Shown here: positions 35,339 to 43,607 of the stretch, piece by piece
Layout: the number at the start of each line of letters is the position of its first letter
Position numbering within the stretch: position 1 is the stretch's first letter
From: an uncultured Gammaproteobacteria bacterium
GTDB taxonomy: Bacteria; Patescibacteriota; Microgenomatia; CAZETR01; Amesbacteraceae
Direction of reading: 5' to 3'
DNA: 60,467 bases
Assembly (NCBI GenBank): GCA_964502885.1
Contig: CAZCXU010000005.1
Span: 1 to 60,467 of the forward strand
The notes under the pieces: generated by a model
The model's input: only the letters and a program-made list of their open reading frames with translations
The model's database searches: none
Told to the model about the DNA's origin: nothing
Translations under genes and position numbers: made by a program

Positions 35339-36135
35339 TCGTCATCTATTGGTGAAAGGGGGAGGTTGTCATTATCGTCGTCCATTTTATCTTCGCGGAT
35401 GCGGTTGTCACCAGTGTCTTCTTCGGGAGTGGAGATATCCGGTTTTTCGGTGTGAACTAGTTCCGGGGGCGTAAAGGCGGCGTAGGATAAGCGCTCGACT
35501 GACGGGAATGACGGGGTATTTTTATATTTGGGGGCACGATGTATTTCCCGTATAAAAACCCGAACAACTTGTTTGCTGGGGTTTTTGGGGTTGGCCTCGG
35601 CCGCTTTTATCCAAAGACGATAAGAGTTTCCTGCTTTGAGCAATGGATGCAAACGAGAGGCTAAATCGTCAGGTAGACGGCCTATTGTATCTCCGGTAGA
35701 GGTAGTGATGGATACACAATGTTCCCTGGCTACCATAAAGACTTCGTCCCCGGGTTGTAGATGGGAAATGAGTGTAGCATCACTGATCCGGGTGAGTGTG
35801 ACTGTTTTGGTGGTACCTGGTTCTTCGATAAAGGCGGTGGTAAATTCTATTTTTCTGGTTGGTCTGGAGTGGCCGCTGCGTTCAACTTTGTATGATTTCA
35901 GTGCTTCAAGAGCTTTGGTAGCGATAGGGTTGAACTTGTCGAGTTTGAGGACTTTTTTATAGGTAAGTTCTGATTTGGTCTTTAAACCCATTTGAAGATA
36001 CGCTTTGGCGAGGCGATTGTGAGCATCAACGTTATCGGGATCCTCTTTGATAACCTTTTGGTTGAGGCTTACAGCGAGTTTCCAGTCATGCTTGAGGGCG
36101 GCATTGATGGCCTGATTGGCGAGCGAACTATCCAT
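35335..36135 (-). CDS. TPR-repeat protein with a HIRAN-like central domain and an acidic tail
   Basis: The ATG at 36135 gives MDSSLANQAINAALKHDWKLAVSLNQKVIKEDPDNVDAHNRLAKAYLQMG (TPR). LQPGDEVFMVAREHCVSITTSTGDTIGRLPDDLASRLHPLLKAG resembles HIRAN. The longer track start would overlap divergent yebC. Confidence 0.5.
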   Translation of the reverse strand: MDSSLANQAINAALKHDWKLAVSLNQKVIKEDPDNVDAHNRLAKAYLQMGLKTKSELTYKKVLKLDKFNPIATKALEALKSYKVERSGHSRPTRKIEFTTAFIEEPGTTKTVTLTRISDATLISHLQPGDEVFMVAREHCVSITTSTGDTIGRLPDDLASRLHPLLKAGNSYRLWIKAAEANPKNPSKQVVRVFIREIHRAPKYKNTPSFPSVERLSYAAFTPPELVHTEKPDISTPEEDTGDNRIREDKMDDDNDNLPLSPIDDD

Positions 36136-36207
36136 ACAATTACAAGTGGAAAGTATACGGGGTGCAAACCGGATGTCAACAGGGGATTTTTGGGGTAGAA
36201 TTAGCGC

Positions 36208-36933
36208 ATGTCCGGTCATTCAAAGTGGGCGACAATTCATAGGGCGAAAGAGGCAAAAGACGCTAAAAAAGGGGCAATTTTCACCAAAGTGGCGATGGCA
36301 ATATCCGTGGCTGTAAAGCAGGGGGGCGGAATAGGCGATCCGGATAAAAACTTCAGACTAAGGTTGGCTATGGACAAAGCCAGGACTGTAAATATGCCCA
36401 AAGAAAACATTTCCAGAGCTATCGAAAAGGGTATGGGTGGGGGAGGTGGGGCAGCTTTGGAGGAGCTTAGTTATGAGGGATTTTTGCCAGGGGGTGCGGC
36501 AGTCATTGTCGAGGTGGTGACTGATAATCGGGCCAGGACCTCACAGCAGGTGCGGAACGTATTGGAAAAGGGGGGAGGGACTATGGGAAATTCCGGATCG
36601 GTGAGCTATATGTTTTCTCCGGTGGGGGTGATAGTGGCTGACTTGTCCGGTAAATCAATTGATGAGGCAGAGATGATTTCGATTGATGCCGGAGCGACAG
36701 ATTTTGAGGCTGATGAAGCGAAATTGATAGTCTATTGCAATAAAGATGATACCTTTACGGTGAAAGAGAAGCTGGAACAGGCTGGCCTACGGGTAGAGTC
36801 TGCTGAGATGGTGATGAAGCCGTCTACGGAAGTGGAAATTGCAGATGCGGCAGTACGGCAGAAAGCAGATGAGATAGTTGATGCTTTGGATGAGCTTGAT
36901 GATGTGTCGAAAGTTTGGACTAACCTAATATGA
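36208..36933 (+). CDS. yebC: YebC/PmpR-family transcriptional regulatory protein
   Basis: MSGHSKWATIHRAKEAKDAKKG, NMPKENISRAI, YEGFLPGGAAVIVE, DNRARTSQQVR. Confidence 0.92.
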   Translation: MSGHSKWATIHRAKEAKDAKKGAIFTKVAMAISVAVKQGGGIGDPDKNFRLRLAMDKARTVNMPKENISRAIEKGMGGGGGAALEELSYEGFLPGGAAVIVEVVTDNRARTSQQVRNVLEKGGGTMGNSGSVSYMFSPVGVIVADLSGKSIDEAEMISIDAGATDFEADEAKLIVYCNKDDTFTVKEKLEQAGLRVESAEMVMKPSTEVEIADAAVRQKADEIVDALDELDDVSKVWTNLI

Positions 36934-37700
36934 GGAAACGGCAAAAGATGGTAATTACGGCCCTGGTTCTGTCGGTCGGATTACTTCTGGTCCAGTCAAT
37001 GGGATTGGAGCTTCGGTATATTCTGATTGCCGGTATGGCACTACTCTCATGGGTGCTTTCGGCATGGTCGCTGCGGGAAGGTCTTTCGGGAATTGAGTGG
37101 TTGACCGTTCCCTTGCCTGCGTCATTGTTTACGGCTTCAGTAGGACTTTTTTATATACTTTTACCTCAGGAGTGGTGGGCTAGGGCCGTAATTGCTCTGG
37201 TGTTTGCGGTGGGACAATATGCACTGCTTTTGACCGGGAATATCTTTTCGGTCGCAGCTATCCGGACTATCGCGTTGTTTCGTGCGGCATCGGCAGTAGG
37301 GTTTGTGATGACACTGGTTACGGGTTTTTTTCTGTTTGATACCATTTACTCGTTTAAACTGCATGCGCCGTTTGTGGGGCTTTTGGTGATGGTGGTGAGC
37401 TTTGCTCTAATCCTGCCTGCTTTGTGGTCAGTCGAGCTTTTGACACGAATATCCAAGCGGGTGTGGGCATATACGATGGGAATCTCTTTTTCTCTGGGTG
37501 TAATGGCGATGGCGGTGACATTTTGGCCGGTAAGCATAGCTGTGGCTTCGCTTTTCCTGTCTACAATCATGTATGCGCTTTTGGGAATATCACAGCATCA
37601 TTTTGCGGATAGACTATTTGGCAGGACAGTATGGGAATATGTGACAGTGGGGTTGGTGGTGACGGTCACGATGATGTTGACGGCGGGGTGGGGGGTGTAG
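36930..37700 (+). CDS. Hypothetical polytopic membrane protein
   Basis: 256 aa with about 7 TM helices. 4-nt overlap with the yebC stop. Confidence 0.5.
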   Translation: MRKRQKMVITALVLSVGLLLVQSMGLELRYILIAGMALLSWVLSAWSLREGLSGIEWLTVPLPASLFTASVGLFYILLPQEWWARAVIALVFAVGQYALLLTGNIFSVAAIRTIALFRAASAVGFVMTLVTGFFLFDTIYSFKLHAPFVGLLVMVVSFALILPALWSVELLTRISKRVWAYTMGISFSLGVMAMAVTFWPVSIAVASLFLSTIMYALLGISQHHFADRLFGRTVWEYVTVGLVVTVTMMLTAGWGV

Positions 37701-37902
37701 AGATGTATTCTCGTTGGACAGCGGTACCTTGTTCATCGTCGTATTCGGTAACAACTACACGGTGACCCTGTCGGGCCATTTCTTCTGCAAACTGATCAGC
37801 TAAAGATTTTTCTTTAGCATCGGGGGGTGTAGGTTTGGGTGCTCGTTCATTTTTCATAAAGTCGATTGTAGCACAAGGGGAGAGGGGACGGACCTTACTC
37901 AT
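37666..37902 (-). CDS. Hypothetical small protein
   Basis: The ATG at 37902 gives MSKVRPLSPCATIDFMKNERAPKPTPPDAKEK.... Convergent 35-nt overlap with the previous gene. Weak support. Confidence 0.3.
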   Translation of the reverse strand: MSKVRPLSPCATIDFMKNERAPKPTPPDAKEKSLADQFAEEMARQGHRVVVTEYDDEQGTAVQREYISTPPTPPSTSS

Positions 37903-38056
37903 TTTAGCCTCACACGTAGAATTATAGGCTCTTTTCACACGGGGAGAGGAGTAGTTTTCACAAAATTACACCCTATAGGATGCACTTTTCTTAAGTAATT
38001 AGCCTCAAATGATACAGTTTGATGCATAAATTATTACACTATCGGATATCAGTGGC

Positions 38057-38065
38057 TGTGGATAA
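38057..38065 (-). promoter_or_regulatory. Perfect DnaA-box 9-mer (TTATCCACA on the minus strand)
   Basis: The plus strand reads tgtggataa at 38057-38065. Two 7/9 relatives lie at 38319-38327 (tgtggatgc) and 38410-38418 (ttatccatt), inside the longest non-coding stretch of the window. Confidence 0.3.
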
Positions 38066-38622
38066 GTGCTAACGGGTTGGAGCAGGAGGTGCCGGGTGCC
38101 TCTGGAAGAGATTGGAAATAGCCGGAGAAGGGGCAGGAATGAGTGCGGAATAGAGTGCTATGAGTGTTACTTATTTGGAAATTGTTTCTGAAAATAGAAA
38201 AGAGAATAGATATCCCTTCCCCGGTTGTTTTGGTGTCTCTTTTTTAAGGATAAAGAAACTGAGTATAATATCTCTAACGCTCAGTTTGGTGCCGTGGGAG
38301 AAGTGGTTGGTTAGGCTTTGTGGATGCTTCTTATCTTGTTCGGGGCCTGTCAGTCCAGGCATGGTTTTTAAACATCTAATACTTCCCTGTTTGTGTGTGC
38401 ATGGTATTTTTATCCATTCCCAAACAAACCCGAATGCATTTTTTGATTATTATCAGTTGTGATAACTACTGGTCTATAAAATTCGCCGTTGTGGTCTTTT
38501 GGGCTTAGCGAAGACCTTATTTGAGGTCCAACTAACCGTCCGGGTGTGCAAATAGCCGTTGTAGAGGCTTACAGCGGGTCGCAGCTTTGACTTAGGCTCG
38601 GATTAGGATTAAAATTGGCGGG

Positions 38623-38877
38623 ATGAAAGAGAACGACAGAGCTCTTCGTTGGAAAGAACTTCCATTGGGAACCAAGGTGATTATTTTGACGGGAGTAGTA
38701 TTGAGCATGTTGGCTTGTGTGGGGCCGGTTGTTGGCGGTGAAGGTACAGATGGACCAAAGACTACCGGTGTACCCCGAGCTCCGGAAATTGTGCCGACTC
38801 AAGATACCCATAATGATATTAAGCCGGTTAAGGCAGAACAGCCACATGTTACGCCGATACCTATAGCTCCTAGATAA
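38623..38877 (+). CDS. Small membrane-anchored protein (hypothetical)
   Basis: 84 aa. TM segment VIILTGVVLSMLACVG followed by a P/T-rich tail. Preferred over the overlapping junk-like 167-aa minus-strand ORF. Confidence 0.35.
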   Translation: MKENDRALRWKELPLGTKVIILTGVVLSMLACVGPVVGGEGTDGPKTTGVPRAPEIVPTQDTHNDIKPVKAEQPHVTPIPIAPR

Positions 38878-38883
38878 ATTGAC

Positions 38884-39084
38884 ATGAAAGAAAAAGCCGG
38901 TTGCTGTTTGAGTGTTGTTGGCGGGGCATTTGTGGTGGCTGGGCTGATTTATGGCTTTGTGAGTGAATTTTCCGGTCAGCTGGATAGAATGAGGCAGGAA
39001 AGACTTCAGGAGATGCAGAATCGGCCGAATGTCCACCAGCTTCATGATCAGAAATTGCCTGGGTCTCCCCATAAGATTCCGTAG
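38884..39084 (+). CDS. Small membrane protein (hypothetical)
   Basis: 66 aa. TM segment CLSVVGGAFVVAGLIYGFV. It starts 6 nt after the previous stop. Confidence 0.35.
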   Translation: MKEKAGCCLSVVGGAFVVAGLIYGFVSEFSGQLDRMRQERLQEMQNRPNVHQLHDQKLPGSPHKIP

Positions 39085-39099
39085 TCTATAATCAAAACA

Positions 39100-40038
39100 A
39101 TGAGCAGGCTGCCCAAGGTGGACGATTTTTTGCTTTTTCTAAAGACGCAGAATTACAGCCAGGAAACGGTGTATAACTATGAACGGGATTTGCAACAGTT
39201 TGAGGTTTTTTTAGAAGACGAGAAGTTGAGCTTTGCGAAGCTGAATAAAGAGGGATTTATCAGATACAAAGCGTATTTGATCAGCCGTGACCGGAAACTG
39301 CCGGTAAAGCTGACTATAGCTACCGGGAAGTTGGATCCGGCAAGTATAAATAGAAACCTGTCGTCAGTGCGAAATTATCTTAAGTATCTGATTGATATGG
39401 ACCAAAAGGTGCCGGTGCCGCCGGAAGCGATAAAAATGGTGAAAACCGACAAGAAACATGGTCAGGTGGCAGAACTTCCGGAATTGGTAAAACTGGTAGA
39501 ATCCCCTACCCGACTGGAAAAAGACGAAATGATTGGGCTAAGAAACCGGGCAATGCTTGAAGTGTTGATGTCCACCGGCATGCGTATTTCAGAATTGATG
39601 TCTTTGAATCGGGCTCAGCTTGATGGTTCAGGAAGACTGTTTATTCGGGGAAAGGGCAAGAAAGAGCGATTTGTGTATTTGACTGAGCGGGCGACTAAGA
39701 TTCTGGAGGATTATTTGGGCAAGCGGGATGATTCGGCTCCGGCCATGTTTGTCCCCTACCGTGGGCCGAATGGAGGAAAAACTACCAGACGGATCTCTAC
39801 GAACTATTTACAGGCAAAAATAAAGCAGTATAGGGAAAAATTGCGCATAAATGTTCCGACTTCAGCTCATTCGCTGCGACACGGATTTGCGACATATCTG
39901 GCGGAATCAGGGGCTAATCCGGCTGCAATTCAGGTACTTTTGGGGCACGAATCACTGGATACGACTACTCGTTATGTACACGCCTCTGACAAATTTGCTG
40001 AGGAGACGCATCGGAAGTTTCATCCGGTGAGAGACTAG
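39100..40038 (+). CDS. Tyrosine recombinase, XerC/XerD type
   Basis: SAM-like N-terminal domain (YSQETVYNYERDLQQF). Catalytic residues in STGMRISEL (R), HSLRHGFAT (HxxR) and LGHESLDTTTRYVH (H, Y). Confidence 0.88.
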   Translation: MSRLPKVDDFLLFLKTQNYSQETVYNYERDLQQFEVFLEDEKLSFAKLNKEGFIRYKAYLISRDRKLPVKLTIATGKLDPASINRNLSSVRNYLKYLIDMDQKVPVPPEAIKMVKTDKKHGQVAELPELVKLVESPTRLEKDEMIGLRNRAMLEVLMSTGMRISELMSLNRAQLDGSGRLFIRGKGKKERFVYLTERATKILEDYLGKRDDSAPAMFVPYRGPNGGKTTRRISTNYLQAKIKQYREKLRINVPTSAHSLRHGFATYLAESGANPAAIQVLLGHESLDTTTRYVHASDKFAEETHRKFHPVRD

Positions 40039-41300
40039 GAGGAAACGGTAAGTTCAGCTTGTGGCAGCTGGATTTTGCGCGGAGTGATAAATAAAGAAAT
40101 CAGGGAGTATGCGGCGAGTATGATTCCTAGAACAGCAAATGATTGACGATTGCCTACCAGAGAGGCCAGAAGTCCTGCCAGAATCGGTCCTAATATGTAT
40201 GAAAGACTGCTTGCTGAACTCTGGAGGCCGATCATGGAAGATCCTGATTTGCCGAGTCGATCGATGTAGTCTTCAAATACTGCAGAGATTTCCGGGAATG
40301 AGATGGCCATAAAAGATGAGGATAGAAATACTGCTATTAGCAGCACGGGGGTGGAGTGAGAAAAGGCGGTGAGGGCAAGAAAAATACCGGCAAAGAGGCC
40401 GGCTGTAAATGCAACCTGTTTTTTTCGATAGGGTGGGAAAAGTCGTCCCAGAAAAAATCCTACAAACATAGAGGGCAGCGAGAAAACAGGCAAGAATAAA
40501 ATGCCGAGGCTGCTTTGCTGGCGTAATTCTTCTGATACGAGAGTGCCGATTGTCCAGAATGAGGCGTCTATCAGAAAAAGCAGGAAGAGAAAAGTGTAGA
40601 CGGGCCAGATGCGTCTGATTAATATCAGCCAGACTTTGAGCTCACTTCCCCAATCGAAACTTATGTCTGCAGTTTCGTTTGGTGCGTAAGATTTTCGATG
40701 GGGTAAAGTAAACCAGTAAATGGCGAGTATGATTCCTGCTACCATGTAGATTAGTATTGTGGACCAGAATGCAGGAAAATAACTGGTGCCAATCAAATTT
40801 CCGGCGATAAGGGGGCCTAAAAAATATGCCAAAGACTTGAAAGAACCGATAATCCCCCACCCTGCATGATAGCTGTCATGAGGAAGAACATTTTTGATGA
40901 AGTTGAAGTCGGAAAACAGGAGAAGTTCATAGTAAATGCCCCAAATGGCCATGCCAAGCAGGAAAATGCCGAGTATCGGGGGCAGAACTATATATGTGAG
41001 CGGGAATAGTCCGGCGGTGAGCAGGGCTGACCAAAGAAAAAAAGTAAACCTGCGGTTTTTAAAAATTTTGGAGAATGTCAGATCACATGCAATGCCGACT
41101 ACTGAGGAGCTGGAAATAACCATACCCATAAGTGTCTGATTTTTGATGTGATCTTCAAGATAAACTGGAGCGACATAGGACATGATGGCGTCACCGAAGC
41201 TGATGAAAAAGTAAATGAGTGAATATGGCAGAACCAAACGAAAAACTCCGGACAGTGAAAAAAAGTGTGAGTGAGAGATGTGAGGATGGCGACGAGACAT
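40035..41300 (-). CDS. MFS-type transporter
   Basis: 421 aa with about 12 TM helices in two halves. 4-nt convergent overlap with the recombinase gene. Confidence 0.7.
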   Translation of the reverse strand: MSRRHPHISHSHFFSLSGVFRLVLPYSLIYFFISFGDAIMSYVAPVYLEDHIKNQTLMGMVISSSSVVGIACDLTFSKIFKNRRFTFFLWSALLTAGLFPLTYIVLPPILGIFLLGMAIWGIYYELLLFSDFNFIKNVLPHDSYHAGWGIIGSFKSLAYFLGPLIAGNLIGTSYFPAFWSTILIYMVAGIILAIYWFTLPHRKSYAPNETADISFDWGSELKVWLILIRRIWPVYTFLFLLFLIDASFWTIGTLVSEELRQQSSLGILFLPVFSLPSMFVGFFLGRLFPPYRKKQVAFTAGLFAGIFLALTAFSHSTPVLLIAVFLSSSFMAISFPEISAVFEDYIDRLGKSGSSMIGLQSSASSLSYILGPILAGLLASLVGNRQSFAVLGIILAAYSLISLFITPRKIQLPQAELTVSS

Positions 41301-41327
41301 GGACTTTTCCCCTTTGATTATGACATA

Positions 41328-41975
41328 TCAAAAGTTACCCAAGAAGTTCATGATTTCATCGCTGACGCTGGTGGTGAAATATTTCGGAACATCTGCGGCA
41401 GGTACCCATTTGATTTCGGAAAAATCGTGACCGGGTCTGGCTGTGCCGCTCAAAATTTTGCAATGATAGTAAATAGCAATTATCTTTATTTTGCGTTTTG
41501 GAGAGTCCGGGATAACTCTGGCGTGAACCAGACGGAGAACTTTGGCTTGAAAACCAGTTTCAATACGAATAGTTTTTTCCATATCATTTTCAAAGTCCAG
41601 TGAAGAAAATTTTCCTGAAGGAAATGTCCAGGAAAGATTGCGAATGAGATTATCTTTTTGTTTGCGAAGTCCCACAAGAACACGATCTTTTCTGTTTATG
41701 ACAGCAATGCCAATAACCAGCACTGGCGAGTGGGGTGATGACTGAATCAGTTCAAAATATTTTTTGAGAACATAGTTTTCTGAAAACATGTTTTCAGAAA
41801 TATTTGAGGATTGTTTAACAGAAGAAATGGGAACTGGAGTATTTTTTGCATATAAATTCACTATGTCGCGAATTAATTGTGAACGGTTTTTCTGAAATTT
41901 GTTCTGAAGTTTTGATAAAAGATTTAACGTATCTTGGGACAGTGAAATGGCTGTAATGTTTGGTTTTTTGTTCAC
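41328..41975 (-). CDS. Ribbon-helix-helix (CopG/Arc-like) DNA-binding domain fused to a degenerate NUDIX domain; putative ligand-sensing regulator
   Basis: GTG start. ITAISLSQDTLNLLSKLQNKFQKNRSQLIRDIVNLY fits the RHH pattern. The Nudix-box position reads GKFSSLDFENDMEKTIRIETGFQ and lacks the REUxEE catalytic glutamates. Confidence 0.6.
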   Translation of the reverse strand: MNKKPNITAISLSQDTLNLLSKLQNKFQKNRSQLIRDIVNLYAKNTPVPISSVKQSSNISENMFSENYVLKKYFELIQSSPHSPVLVIGIAVINRKDRVLVGLRKQKDNLIRNLSWTFPSGKFSSLDFENDMEKTIRIETGFQAKVLRLVHARVIPDSPKRKIKIIAIYYHCKILSGTARPGHDFSEIKWVPAADVPKYFTTSVSDEIMNFLGNF

Positions 41976-42005
41976 TCTTATTAATTATTAATAATTCTTA
42001 TTAAT
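41976..42005. promoter_or_regulatory. Direct repeat TCTTATTAAT x2 phased 20 bp apart (candidate operator) in a divergent promoter region
   Basis: tcttattaat occurs at 41976-41985 and 41996-42005, separated by tattaataat, which contains the ATTAAT palindrome. It lies immediately upstream of the RHH-Nudix gene start and upstream of ATP-grasp gene 1. Confidence 0.3.
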
Positions 42006-42157
42006 ACTAACATGTTTTATGGATTATTGAAATATTATTTAATTTTTTGTAGCTAAATTGCATGTATTTTGTCTATTTACAGCTGTTTTATTTCTTGACA
42101 ACGAATGTACAAATAATTCAGACTCAGTATTATCTATATAGATGCAGTTTGATTTCT

Positions 42158-43219
42158 ATGCTGAAAGATGAAATGTTTTCCTATCCGATTAGCATTGCAA
42201 TACTTTATTATTCGAGTGATGCAAAGGACACTAAAGACACTGAAATATTTGTAAAAAGTCTTTCCGACACTTTGAAGAAACTCGGTCACATGGTTCGAGT
42301 TGTGCAAGTTACTCACAGAAATTGGCTAAAAACAGTGGGTACTCCGGGAGATGTGGTGTTTAATCTGGTGGAAGACGAAAAATATGAATTGTATGTAAAA
42401 GTTGCGAATAAGTTGTCTATGATGGGAAGGACTCAAGTTGGAATGGGCCCGGAAGGAATGAAGTATATAGTTCGCAAGGCACAGATTAAAAGGAAAATGC
42501 ATTCTGAAAATATTTCCACTCCAAAATTCAGAATTCTAAATAAACGAAGTAATCCAGAGACTATCAAGTCGATGAAATTTCCACTAATAGTAAAACCGTC
42601 CGGTCAACATGCTGGTGTGGGTATAAATCAGGACTCGGTAGTCATTGATAAAAATGAACTGCGAGAACGAGTAAATTTTTTGAGAAAAAATTACCCAGGT
42701 GAGGTGTTGGTGGAAGAGTACATCGACGGACGCGAAATTCAGGTGACTGTGATGGGAAACGGCAGGAAGATTTTGATGCTGCCCCCGGCCGAAGTAGTGT
42801 TTTCAGGAGAATTTCAGGATAACTGGAATGTTTATACTTATGAAGCAAAATGGGAAAAGACTTCATGGGAATATTGGGATGCTAGAATAGCTTGTCCCGC
42901 CAGGATGAGTATAAAACTGGAAAAGCGAATCGAAAGTCTGGTGACCAAAGCGTATCGTGCATTTGAGTGCCGGGATATCGCTAGGTTTGATCTGCGGGTA
43001 GATGAGAAGGACAGAGTTTTTATTATTGATGTGAATATGAGCCCGGGGCTCAATGGTTTGGATGATGAAGAGGCGGCGGTGAGGTCAGCAAAAGCGATGG
43101 GTTGGACGTATCCGCAGCTTTTGGAGAGATTGGTTGCCATTGCTTATAAACGAAGTTATGGTTCTCTCCCCGATCGGATACGCGAGAGGCAGTTTTTACT
43201 TAATGCCCCCGAAATATAG
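42158..43219 (+). CDS. ATP-grasp ligase 1, diverged D-Ala-D-Ala-ligase-like
   Basis: FPLIVKPSGQHAGVGINQDSVV, VLVEEYIDGREIQVTVMGNG, ARFDLRVDEKDRVFIIDVNMSPGL. The ATG at 42158 (MLKDEMF...) is preferred to 42062. Confidence 0.8.
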   Translation: MLKDEMFSYPISIAILYYSSDAKDTKDTEIFVKSLSDTLKKLGHMVRVVQVTHRNWLKTVGTPGDVVFNLVEDEKYELYVKVANKLSMMGRTQVGMGPEGMKYIVRKAQIKRKMHSENISTPKFRILNKRSNPETIKSMKFPLIVKPSGQHAGVGINQDSVVIDKNELRERVNFLRKNYPGEVLVEEYIDGREIQVTVMGNGRKILMLPPAEVVFSGEFQDNWNVYTYEAKWEKTSWEYWDARIACPARMSIKLEKRIESLVTKAYRAFECRDIARFDLRVDEKDRVFIIDVNMSPGLNGLDDEEAAVRSAKAMGWTYPQLLERLVAIAYKRSYGSLPDRIRERQFLLNAPEI

Positions 43220-43223
43220 ATTT

Positions 43224-43607
43224 ATGATAATGCAAGATGGAACGACGACAGATGATTTTGGGCAGGAACTGGTTTTGAATCTGTATGAGTGTGATTTACA
43301 GAAGATCTCTGATGGAGATCATATAAAGGAGTTTGTAGTAAAACTTTGTGATGAGGTGATTTTTATGAAAAGGTACGGTGAAGCACTGGTGCCACACTTT
43401 GGGCATGAGAGTCCAATAACCTCAGGATATTCTCTGGTGCAGCTGATCGAAACCAGTTCAATTACGGGGCACTTTTCTGAATACAAGCGGTCGGTGTATT
43501 TGAATATCTTTTCCTGTAAGTGGTTTGATACTAAAAAGGCTAGGGCATTTTGTAAAAGATGGTTTGGCGCAAAGAAAGTGACAGCCAAGTTTATCCAGAG
43601 AATATAA
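43224..43607 (+). CDS. S-adenosylmethionine decarboxylase (SpeH/AdoMet_dc)-family protein with an atypical cleavage motif
   Basis: GQELVLNLYECD...SGYSLVQLIETSSITGHFSEYKRSVYLNIFSCK aligns by eye with SpeH G.h...dlygC...GvsgvvlisESHltiHtfPE...idvftCg. ATG 43224 lies 4 nt after the ATP-grasp 1 stop. Confidence 0.7.
   Translation: MIMQDGTTTDDFGQELVLNLYECDLQKISDGDHIKEFVVKLCDEVIFMKRYGEALVPHFGHESPITSGYSLVQLIETSSITGHFSEYKRSVYLNIFSCKWFDTKKARAFCKRWFGAKKVTAKFIQRI

Noticed and set aside
38160-38462. 100-aa plus-strand ORF inside the 684-bp spacer.
   Set aside because: It has a Cys/Phe/Leu-rich low-complexity translation, no ribosome-binding context and no motif. I treated the region as non-coding.
38569-39072. 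167-aa minus-strand ORF spanning the two small plus-strand ORFs upstream of the recombinase.
   Set aside because: The sequence looks like junk (runs of H/S/N/R/F with no domain). The two plus-strand ORFs each have a clean TM helix and tight spacing, so they were preferred, though with low confidence.
39100-40038. Tyrosine recombinase as the integrase of a prophage or integrative element, given the nearby long spacer and the tRNA-Leu 6.5 kb away.
   Set aside because: The domain layout and motifs are Xer-like. There are no phage or conjugation genes, no direct repeat of the tRNA 3' end was noticed, and the flanking genes are ordinary chromosomal ones.
42062-42157. N-terminal 32-codon extension of ATP-grasp 1 (MYFVYLQLFYFLTTNVQIIQTQYYLYRCSLIS) as a possible fused leader or precursor peptide.
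   Set aside because: It lies in the AT-rich promoter spacer and has an aromatic/low-complexity composition. Ddl-like proteins normally begin near the MLKDEMF.. position. No Gly-Gly leader motif for the C39 peptidase was seen.
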